Positions 1-10,300 of a DNA stretch of 64,000 bases are shown here, in pieces. The notes beneath the pieces were generated by a model. It had not been told where the DNA came from, ran no database searches, and was given only the letters and a program-made list of their open reading frames with translations. The stretch is taken from NCBI RefSeq assembly GCF_018350175.1, contig NC_058373.1, forward strand, positions 5,580,001 to 5,644,000. The letters run 5' to 3'. The position numbers and the translations under genes were made by a program. The stretch comes from Felis catus (taxonomy: Eukaryota). Positions within the stretch are counted from its first letter, which is position 1. Each line of letters starts with the position of its first letter.

Positions 1-560
1 TAAGCATGCCGAACTTTCTAAACGGGTGATGAAACACGTCACTGGTGAAGAAACCTGCCGTCCCAAAGGAGCCGCACACCTGCCCCTGCGCCCCCTGACA
101 ACGGGTAAGAAAGAAGGGCTGCGGCGGATGCGGCGCTACAACGCCCGGCTCCAAGGGGGCGCGAAGCCCTGCTTCAGGCTGAGGGCCCGGGAAGCAGCCG
201 GTACCTCTCCACCTCCTGCAGCTCCCGCTCCTCCGGCTCCCAGTCGGAATCGGGGTCTGGCTCCCGGCCGAGCGTGCCCGGGTCTACCATCCCCCGGGTC
301 GCGAAACCACAGCGAGCCACGGCAGCACGAACACGCAAGCCCAGCAAAAGGTTCAGAGCGACCGCCATGTCGACAAAAACAGCCCGGGACAGTCCGACAG
401 GGGCAGAGAGACCGGAAGTCTGGGGGCGGGACCGGAAGTGGCATGGCGCGGCGGAAGCCAGGATGGTCGTGCGTGGTTTCCGCTTCCGGCTGAGGGTGCG
501 TTAGCTGGGATTGAACCCGCTTGCGGTTCACCCTTCCGGAGAGGAGCAGTGGCGAGCGTT
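1..560 (-). promoter_or_regulatory. NGRN: NGRN CpG-island promoter with tandem ETS/GABP motifs
   Basis: CpG-rich; CCGGAAGT at ~412 and ~432, further CGGAAG/CTTCCGG at ~451, ~483, ~533; YY1-like CGCCAT over the start codon. Confidence 0.7.
205..368 (-). CDS. NGRN: Neugrin, coding exon 1 (gene continues beyond window start)
   Basis: ATG at 368 gives MAVALNLLLGLRVRAAVARCGFATRG...EPDPDSDWEPEERELQEVE, matching the recognisable neugrin N-terminus; donor AG|GTACCG at 205/204 (phase 2); exon 2 is not in the window. Confidence 0.93.
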
Positions 561-619
561 TACCCTGGAACGCAAGGGCCGGAATGAGCTAGAGAACGCT
601 CCTGGAAAACGCCATAAAC

Positions 620-628
620 TTTAATAAA
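620..628. terminator. Overlapping poly(A) signals: ATTAAA (- strand, 620-625, likely TTLL13) and AATAAA (+ strand, 623-628)
   Basis: Sequence TTTAATAAA; the only AATAAA/ATTAAA hexamer I found on the minus strand between the TTLL13 stop and the NGRN promoter. Confidence 0.55.
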
Positions 629-1119
629 AAGTCGGAGTCATTTGCCAAGAGCCACCCCTCCGCCCCAATGGCTGCCCAGGCCGGCCTGTCTCCGCCACGG
701 CAGGGGGAAGGGCGTCTCCTTGGCGGTCGTCCGATGGCGACTGCCCCGTGCCTTGGGCACTCGGCTCCTCTGGGAAGGGGGCCCCTTGTCGCCAGGATGA
801 CCTCCAGCCCCGGGCTGCACCCAGCGTTCAGACCCATCTCCTAGCGATAAATCCAGGCTAAGGTTTGAAGGGCGGAGATGCCGGCCCTGGCTCCTCTTCA
901 TCTTTTTAGTCTTTACGGATCTGGAGATAGTCTTAGGGTATTGAGGAATTCTTGATATCTTTGTGTTTTGCCTTGTTCAAGCAGGGTTCCTGGCCAGGAC
1001 TTTTCAAACTGAAGCCCGGTGGCAGTCTTTCATTTAGCGAAGATTGAAGGCCCTCTGCGCCTTCGGAAACTTGAGGGGGTTCTCCAGGAGAGGTGGAGTG
1101 CTGGGCTTCCGTCCTGCAT

Positions 1120-1376
1120 TTACCGGTGGTGGCTGATGTCAAGGAGTGGAGTGGTATGCTGCATCAGGGGCGTAGAGGCAGGGCAGAGAGCGAGATCCTG
1201 GGCCTTGGGTGCACTGTGTTCGGTGTCTACCACCGAGGGCAAGGTGCAGTGAGTCCATGAGCTACTTGCCACTCTTTCCGGTTGCAGAAGATAGCCCTGC
1301 TTTGGGGTTAAAGAAGATGGCACTGATCCTGCCAGGGCTGTGTTTATGGCTTCTAGCCTTCTGCTGGCTTGGCCTT
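1120..1376 (-). CDS. TTLL13: TTLL13 last coding exon (GQASRRLEAIN...LLDISHHR*)
   Basis: TGCAG|AA...TAA at 1122-1120, 257 nt. Confidence 0.87.
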
Positions 1377-4300
1377 CTGCAGTGGAAACATGGGTCCCCC
1401 TGAGTTGGTATTCACAGGAGATTCACTCCCTCTTTACCAACTGTCACCCAATTACCAACATAGAAGAATGGCATCCCTTGCTTCCCTCCAGCATCTTTGC
1501 CACACTGTATTGTAATTGTTTACTTGTCTGTTTCCCTGTTGTGTTTGTTGAGTGCTAGGACTGTACTGCCATTTCTCCCAGGGTCCAGTATGTAGAAGGA
1601 GGTAGTGGGTCCACTACCCATCCCATTCCCACACTGGTGGAAGTGGCCTGTGGTGTTTTGGGACTGTCCCAGCTGTAATGTTTACACAAGTCAGAGTGAC
1701 CAGAGCTAGTTTTGCGTACTTACGGCTACTGAGCCTGACTCTGGCACTGGGAAAACAGTGCCTTCCCGATGCTTTCATTGACAACGAAGAGGGGCCGATG
1801 GCTGCTCGAGCTCCTATCCAGTTGAAGTTCTTGGGCTGTAGATGGCACCAGGAATGATGTGGAACTGCAGCATTCATGCTTGGCTGTGGCCCTAAGATCC
1901 TGGGGATCAATTCGTGGGGCCGAACTGGATGCAGGAAATGAGGAGGGCCCTGCTCTTTGGTGGCCCCTCTCAGGAGGACCAGTGGGACCAGACTCACAGA
2001 CTGCAGTTCTTGACTGCCCAGCCCGTCCTGGTGAAATCTAGGCTAGAGGAGAAGAGCAGCCCCTTACCACACTTCTTGTGAGGCTGGATGGACTGGAGGA
2101 AGAAAGTAGGTAACCGAAACGTCTCTTCTAGGCCGTGGCCCCTATTTAACCAATTACTCCTTGGGGGCTCAGCAAAAACAGAAGACCCAACAGGCTTGAC
2201 ACCTGCCCAGGGAACAGTGAATGCGGTAGCTGTTCTCTTGGCCCAAGTCTGTTTGCTTATCTCCCGTTAGAGCCACGGCACTGGCAGGGCTAGAGAGAGA
2301 TTACACAGAAGCCACTGAGGGCGGCGGCCTTCTTATTCGTCAGGCATGAGTTTGGGGTTATTGCAAGACTGGAATAAAGAGAACACACCTCTTGCGAGTA
2401 GGTCAGGACCTGCACTTTGCCGGATGTCATTACTAAACACCAGGGAGCGTGGGAGCAAATGCAAAAGCAACCAAGAGACCCCTTCCCAGCGCCCAGCAGG
2501 AGCTGCTCTCCCAGGCTCCGTGCCTGCCAGACACCATCACGTTAGCCTTCTGGGCCGCGGCCACCCCCGTGTGCCGGTGCAGCCCTTGTTCCCTGGTTCT
2601 GCGAGATGCTGCGCAGGGACCCTCACCCGATACTCGTGAAGCCTTCTGTGGCCCTGGTGGCTGGGGTGCAGCATGTGGCTGAGTTGCTCTATGATACCGA
2701 GGCTTCGGATGAGATTCTCCCTTTGTAGCAGGGCCTTCATCCGCTCCAGCTCCTCCTCTTCCACGATTTCTTGAGGATGCATGGTATCCACGTGTACGGG
2801 GAGCAGCTGCGAGGTACATGAGGGCTGAACGCAAGATCTCCGAGAGCGAGTCCCAAACCATCGACGACGATGGCTGCGGGACTCCTGCCTGCTCTGCCTC
2901 TGTGCATTCCCTGACCCTAGTGGAAGGTCCCCTTTGCTGTCCGTTCTCTTCCCCCCGCCCCCAGCCCCCGTTCCGCGAGGTCAGATCCAACGTATTCATT
3001 AGGAACTCCTCTCCCTCTCCCTCCCTTCTCTAGACCCAACCTATTTCCTGTTGAAAGGCAAGAGCTACCGAAACCCCGGGCACCTCTTTCTCCTGGTTCC
3101 GGCTCCTGTAAGCCAAGTGGGCGGGGAGTCCCCGGAGCCGGGCCCTGCATCGGCTCTTCTCTCCCTGTGATTCACCCTGGTTCTGGTCCCGGCTCTCCTT
3201 CCGCCTCTTATTTCCTGAGGTCTCCTGCTGTTCCTGCTTAAGGCGGATCTCTTCCAGTTGCTGTCTGACAAGACACAGCAGCTTCAGACACTGGAGAGAT
3301 TATGTTGGGGGGAAGCAGGGTGAGGGGAAGTGGGGATGGGGGAGTGGGAAATCAGATCTGTCTGGGAGGCAGACAAGAGAAGAATGAGGGGGGGAAATGG
3401 GAAACCTCCTATATGGAGTTACTGAGCCCGAAAGAATTTATGACTCCATTCCTCTTGGCTCAGGTGTCTGGCTTCCTCTCTACCCTGCTGGCGAGCAGTT
3501 CAGCTTCAGGATATGCCCCCGCCCCCCAAGTGGACAGAGGACAAGGTAAGGCAAAGTACCTGGCACACTCCTCTCTAGCCTTGGAAGCAGCAGTCTCCTG
3601 GAAGAGGGAGCCGTTGTGCTTGAAGAAGGGTGCGTACTTGTCCGTGTTAGGCCCAGGATAGATCCGCCGGTACCCCCCGAGGTGGGAGTCCTCATGGCGC
3701 TCCTGGTCCAGTATCGCTGCTTGCGACAGTTCAGTTTGTTCTCGCCTAGGGAAACCAAGCTCCAGAGTGAGTCGGGAGGGCTCTGAGAATGTTCAGTGGG
3801 GAAAAGAAGGCCGGCCAAGGCTTTGAGAACCTTCTGCTAGCTTCACGGCCTTTCTGGCCTCTGCCCACGTAGCGAGGGCTGCGAAGGCCCTCTGGCCAAT
3901 CCCGCTTGTGTGTAGCCACGGAAATCTGGGCTTGACTTCCAGAAATCTGGTTTTCATCTTAAGTGCACGCTAGCACTCCAAGTTCTCACAGTCTTTTAGG
4001 TTTCTGATCATAGAGTAATCTATGTTAATTACAGAAAAATGTAGAAGAGCAAAAAGAAGATAAAACCTCCCATAATCTTACTGTGCAGTTAGCATATTGG
4101 TCATGAGCATGGACTCAGGGGCGGGACCCCCGAGTCTGAACCCTGGCTTTGCCACCGACTACCTTCCTTTCTGGTTTCTGACAAAAATGGGATCATACAA
4201 CCTTGCTAAATGGCTTCCTAGTAGTCACGTGGTTCTGTGATTGTACTTTCATTTATGAAGTCCAGTAGTTGTGAACCCTTTTCCCCACTGAAAGACATCA

Positions 4301-7300
4301 CTCATGATATAATAGGCACATGTGCAGCCCCACTGTGGGAAGAGCCAGCGTATTTCCAGTGACAGTCCTGCTTCCCCTCCATTCACACATGAGAGCGCCT
4401 ACTATGTGCCAGGCCCTCAGGATATCCTAGCAAACCAAATACACACGGGCCTGCATATTGCAACCCCGGTGGGGAAGAGCACTGTAATAGGAATGCTTCC
4501 AATTCCACTCCATTTGTATGTGTTATTTAGTATCGGCAGCAAATCACCGTGTTGGTAACCCATCTTAAAACAACAGTGGGTGAAAGACGCTGATTTAAAT
4601 AACCTCTTATTGTTGCATGACTAGACTGTTTTCTGTTTCATTATTATAACCTGTCTAGAGGACCTTTGTTAAAAACAAAAACAAGGGGCCCCTGGGTGGT
4701 TCAGCTGGTCGAGCGCCTGACTTCCACGCAGGTCGTGATCTCGTGGTTCGTGGGTTAGAGCCTCACATCCTTGCTGACAGCAGCGAGCCCGCTTCGGATC
4801 CTCTGTCTCCCCCCGCCCCCCCCCCCGTCTGCCCCTCCCCCGCTCACCCCCTGTCTCTCTCGCTCTCAGAAATAAACATTAAAAAACAAAACCAAAAACA
4901 AACAGCCAATCAAACCGCAAAGAGCTTCTTATGAGCTAATAGAAAATAGCTCTAAGCTGTGTTGCTACACGTAGTAGAGAGAGTGTGAAGGTTACACTAC
5001 TATCTAGGTAGGTAAAGAGAGAAAAACATCTGTATAAGTTATTTCTACAGGTATATACTATACGCACTCCTATGTATGTGTGCGTGCATTAACTGCTAAA
5101 GCATACACATGGCATAGGTTGGCTCCTCGGGGGGAAACTGAGTAGCCGGAGAACAGGAAGGGATTCTTCACAGGATCTTTTGAATTTCCAACATACTATC
5201 TGCGATACGTAATGCGTCATCTACGCCAAAAAACCCACAGTTGTGCTTCACGGCTAATCCTTACCCCCAGACTCTTCGCCACCTACAGGAGCACTTTTCC
5301 CGTCAGGAAAGTAATGACAAAGAAGACAGACACGTGGCCCACCTGGCTTCTCGTGGCTGCTGGTGGCACTGGAAAAGCCGCTCCTTGACTCGCCGCTTGT
5401 CCTCCTCTATCACCTTCCTTTTGTCACAGCCCCGGAGGTTGACAAGGGTCATGGCATCACAGAGAAGTGCGTCCTTCACTTCGCGATCAAGGCGGGAGTC
5501 AGTGGTGAAGCTCGGGGAGTGGTTTACCTGCCAGGAGGAGTCATCATCCCACCCTTCCCACACTGCCTGAGCACGTGTGGCCTCGGGCAGGCCGGACTGG
5601 ACAGTCCAGGCAAGACATCCCCCTCCAGAGGCCTCGGCCCAGGAGGCTGGATGTTCTGACTTCCAAGGCCACGGGACCCCGCCACAGAGATCCCTCCGGT
5701 ACACAGGCTGCTGAGAGCAAACCAGACAGCCTGACTCTACAGATACAGTGTCCCTAAAGACAAAAAGATTCCAAGGGGAAACACTTGGGATCCAACTCCT
5801 GGATCCCTATGGTGGAGGCCAGAGATCACTCGGCTTGGACTCAGCAGGTCAAGAGTGTAGACGCCTACTGCCTTCTGCCATTCCTACCCACCCCGGGGCC
5901 GCCGTGTCCCCCATTCTCTGTTCCACCACCTGACTGCACTCCTAGCCCAGGCGTCCTGCTCAGGGAGGCCTCAGGCCCCGGGGTTTTGCAAAGCCCAGAA
6001 GATCATCCTCACCTCCAGCAGCCAGGGTTTCAGCTTGTGGTCCAGCAAGATGTCAAAACCAAGGATCTCAAAACAGGCACATGTACCTCCGCTCAGATAG
6101 TGGGGGAAACAGGTGCGGTAGTTGTGGCGAAGAACAGAATGGGCTGAGATGATGGTTTTGACGATGATGTCCTCGATGTGCCCCCACAGCTCTCGGGGGT
6201 CGTAGCCGTGTTCTCGCAGCCAGGCGTTGAGCGTCGACAGCTTCCTGTGAGGCCCAGGGCTCAGAGGAGGACCAGTTTCTACACCACTGGGGCCAGGCCG
6301 AGGGCAAGAGGCTCCCTATGGCTAACCCTGATTCTGTGCCCAGATTCCTTACACTTCAAAGGGCTCCTGGCAGCTTGGAGCCCGGCTTGGTCCTCAGGGT
6401 GGGGGCAGGGCTGCATTTAGAGGTCAAGCACAGGACAGGGGTCTGTGAAGGTGGTTTTCCTGAGCGATCGGCCTCCCAAGAGCCAGCTCAGTTTCAGGGG
6501 CTGCTGAGACTATAAGGCTAAGGCACAGCCAGAGCCGGGAGTACCTTTTACTGCCCGCAGCGTCGTCTCGGACAAAGTTCTCGTTGTGTTTGTTGATGGC
6601 ATAGTTGGTCAGATGCATGCAGACATCATCCTGGGAAGAGAGCGGCCCGCGGCGCTCAGACTGCTTCCCCGAAGCACTCCTCTCCAGCCCTTCCTTGCCT
6701 TTTCTACGACCTTCCCCTCCCCGGGACAAGGGCTCCTCTTCACCTAAGAACTGTCCTGTGAGCTCCTGGGGAAGGGCGTGGGCCGGCGTCCTCCAGGGAG
6801 GACCTTTCAGCGGTCACCACCCACCGAATGCTCTCCTCCCAGCCACGGGGTTAGGGTGCTCGCTGGTTCCATTGCTTGTTCACGGGTGACGGCAACAAGC
6901 CTTTCTGCCTGGTCCGCCACAGAACCTCAGCACTCAGGAGAAGAGGGCGCCGCCCTGTCCCCCCCCACCCAGGGCCACCGTCTGGCCCCTTACCAGGTTG
7001 CTGTTGTTGGGCTCTGCGTAGGGCATCGTGGCGAAGCGGGCCAGGCCCTCCTCGTACATGAAAATCCGAAGAGGGTCGCAGGATGTGATGAGGACATAGA
7101 TTCGCATATCGAACTTGAAGCCGTCAATGAGGAAGGGCTGAAAGCACGCAAACCCGCCGGGGAAGAATACTTCTGAAGCGCTCATTCTATACCACACGCT
7201 GTTTGAAGTGTTTCGGATGCACAACCAACGGTTTGATTGTCGTAATAACCATATACAGCATAAAGTAGTTACTGTTATTTTTCCCATTCAACGAATGATG

Positions 7301-10300
7301 ACATTGAGTCACGGAAAGGGTAAGAAATTGCCCAAGATTCGGGGCACCTGGGTGGCTCAGTCCTTTAAGCGACTGACTCCTGGTTTGGGCTCAGGTCATG
7401 ATCTCGCGGTTTGTGAGTTCGAGCCCCAAATCAGCTCTGCACTGGGGGCAGAGAGCCAGCCTGCTTGGGACCTCTGTCTCTGTCTCTGTCTCTCTCTCTG
7501 CTCCTCCCCCACTCATGCTCACTCTCTCTCTCCCTCTCCCTCAAAATAAGTAAACTAAAAAAAAAAAAAAAAAAAAAAAAGAGGGGCGCCTGGATGGCTC
7601 AGTCCATTGAGCATCCAACTTCAGCTCAGGTCGTGATTCCATGGTTCATGGGTTCGAGCCCCGCGTCTAGCTCTGTGCAGTTGGCTCGGAGCCTGGAGCC
7701 TGCCTCAGATTCTGTGTCTCCCTCTCTGCCCCTGCCCCTCGCGCTCTGTCTCTCTCTGTCTCTCTCTCAAAAATAAACACACATTAAAGACATTAAAAAA
7801 AAATTGTCCAAGATCACATATGTAAGAAGTGGAAAAACTCAGATTCAGACCGAGGCAGGCTGGCTCTGAACCACGGCTCTGATAAGAGGAGATAGGAAGT
7901 AGGAGCCGAAGCCTGGCTTCCCCCTCTGGCAGTGGGAGAGATGAGGCCGGGGCAGGGCCCTGGCGGTCCGGAGGCGCCCTTCACCTTGGAGATGTACTGC
8001 TGGCAGATCACGTGCTCTCCTGGCTTGATCTCCCGGGGACTTCGGGTGATGAAGATGCCGCGTCCCTGACAGCCGCTGTCCGGCTTGCAGATGTAAGTGC
8101 GGGTTTTCCGCTGACGACCGTAGGACTGGAAGTCCCCGTAGCTGTGTGCAGAGGGGGGCTGGTCAGAGGGTTTCTGCGCGTGGCAGCTGTCCCAGGGCCC
8201 CGGTGGGGTTCTGCTCTCCTGTCCGTGCTCTTCCTGGAGCGTCAGTCTCCCACCTACTTTCCTGTGACCAGCTGAAACCTTCCAGGTGACAAGGCCAGAG
8301 CCCGGAGGGAAGTGAGGTGGCGAGACCTTTCCTCCCCCAGCACATCAGCCCCGGGGGCCGGGCTCGCTCACTCTGCAGGGAGGCACCAGGTGCGGGGGAA
8401 GATGTTGTACTCCGTGGGATAGAGTTTCTGCATGCGGTTGAGGTTCCGAGCCAGCAGATCTTTGCGGCAGATTTCCGTCATGCCAGGGAAGTGGTTGATT
8501 TTCTGTAACAGAGCCAGGTGGTGACCTACCCCCACGAGCAGAGTGACTGGCAGCCCCTGGGGTCTGGGGCACACCAGGAGGACTGGGAAGGTCAAGGCAG
8601 AAGTCACAGAGGAGGAAAACACTATACCTAATACCCTAAGGGAGAAAAGGAAGGTTCCCTAAGGCAGGTGAGAACCTCCTCCTTGGCCTCTCCCAAAACA
8701 CACGTCCACACCGAGGTCGGGAGACGAGGGGCAGTGAGAAGGACTCGCCAGGACTTCGGGTCTTCTGGCCACCTTCTAACATGCCCCAGGCCACCAGCAA
8801 CTAGTCCTGTAAGGATAACTGGGGCATGGGAGCATAAGCCAACGAGAAACCATTTTCCAAGAGAGAAAAGGAAATCGAGAATGAGTCCCAGGGAGCGCTG
8901 GGTCATGGCGCCCCCAGGGTGTGACGTTTCCAGGGTGACCTGCTGGAAGCCCGGTGCCGGGAGGCAGCATCTCCCATAGGTTCTGGGCTCTCTCACTGGC
9001 TTTACCACACCCTAGCTGCATGAACTTAGTACTTCTGAGCCTTGGTGTCCTCTTAACGAGAGTATCTGCCACCCGGTGTTCTTTTTGAGGATTTAATTGC
9101 GGTAAGAACATAAAAGCAGATAACACGGGGTCTGACGTATAGTGAGCCCTCAATGAGCGCTGTTAACTGTGCCTGTTTTACAGCCGCCACCTGCATGTCC
9201 CTTTTTTTTTTTTAATATTTATTTTTAAGAGAGAGACAGAGACGAGTGGGGTGGGGGTGCAAAGAGAGAGGGGGAGAACATAGAATCTGAAGTAGGCTCC
9301 AGGCTCTGAGCTGTCGGCACAGAGCCCGACGCGGGGTTTGAACTCAGGGACCACGAGATCATGACCTGAGCCCAAGTCGGACGCTTCACCGACTGAGTCA
9401 CCCAGGCACCCCTCTTTTTGTTTTTTTAATGTTTATTTATTTTGAGAGAGAAAGAGAGCGAGAATGGGGAGGGGCAGAGAGAGAGAGAGAGAGAGAGGAA
9501 GAGAGAGAATCCCAAGCACAGAGCCCAACACGGGGCTCAACCCCACGAACGAGGAGATCACGACCTGGGCCAAAATCAAGAGTTGGATGCTCAAGGGACT
9601 GAGCCACCCAGACGCCCCACGCCGACTCTCAATGGATGCGGATGCGGGACTGAGCTGTTCAGAAGCCGGCTCACTCAGCTGCCCCTGCGGTTAGTGCTGA
9701 AGCTGCCTTCCAGCCTTCCCCTCCGGTGGGCTCACCGGCCCTGGAGGGGGTCAGCTGGGCACAGATGCTTCCAGGCGAGCAGTGCCCAGCATATACCTCC
9801 TTCCCATGATAGAAGCTCCAGGAACCCAAGAGGAGAGTTTTTCCAGTGGAGCAGAAGCCCCGAGCCCGGCCTTTCCTGCTCTGCCCAAGGGGACAACTAC
9901 AAAGGGTGTGGCGTCGGGCGCCTGAGCAGAAGGGCGGGAGTAACCATTCAGGGCCGCAGCCCCTTGGGGCTCTTGGGTCAGGAGATTGTACCTGAAACCT
10001 CTTCATGTCCATGACTCGTTCAAGTGAGACAGAGCAGTCCGTCCAGTACACAGTCCACTCTTCATCCTCCCCCACCTCCTTTAGGCCACACATTTGAGCT
10101 GCCCGACGCACTGCGGAGAGACGGGGGTCAGCGGGGCCAGCCTGGCCACTGGCAGTGAGCCTCGGGAGGGCAGCTGGCTCGGGTAACTTGACCAGAGAGT
10201 GGACTGGAGATGAGGTGATTCTTACCTCCGCTCCGCAGTTTAATTACCATGTGACAATTCCAAGTTCATGAAGCTGTCAAGGCCCTTCCAAAATCTGTGA

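Noticed and set aside
729-801. X-box-like sequences in the TTLL13 3' UTR/NGRN upstream region
   Set aside because: Only half-site matches (GTCGCCA); too degenerate to call
7341-7420. tRNA-like A/B-box sequences
   Set aside because: SINE heads derived from tRNA; no complete cloverleaf, and always followed by SINE body, (CT)n and A tail
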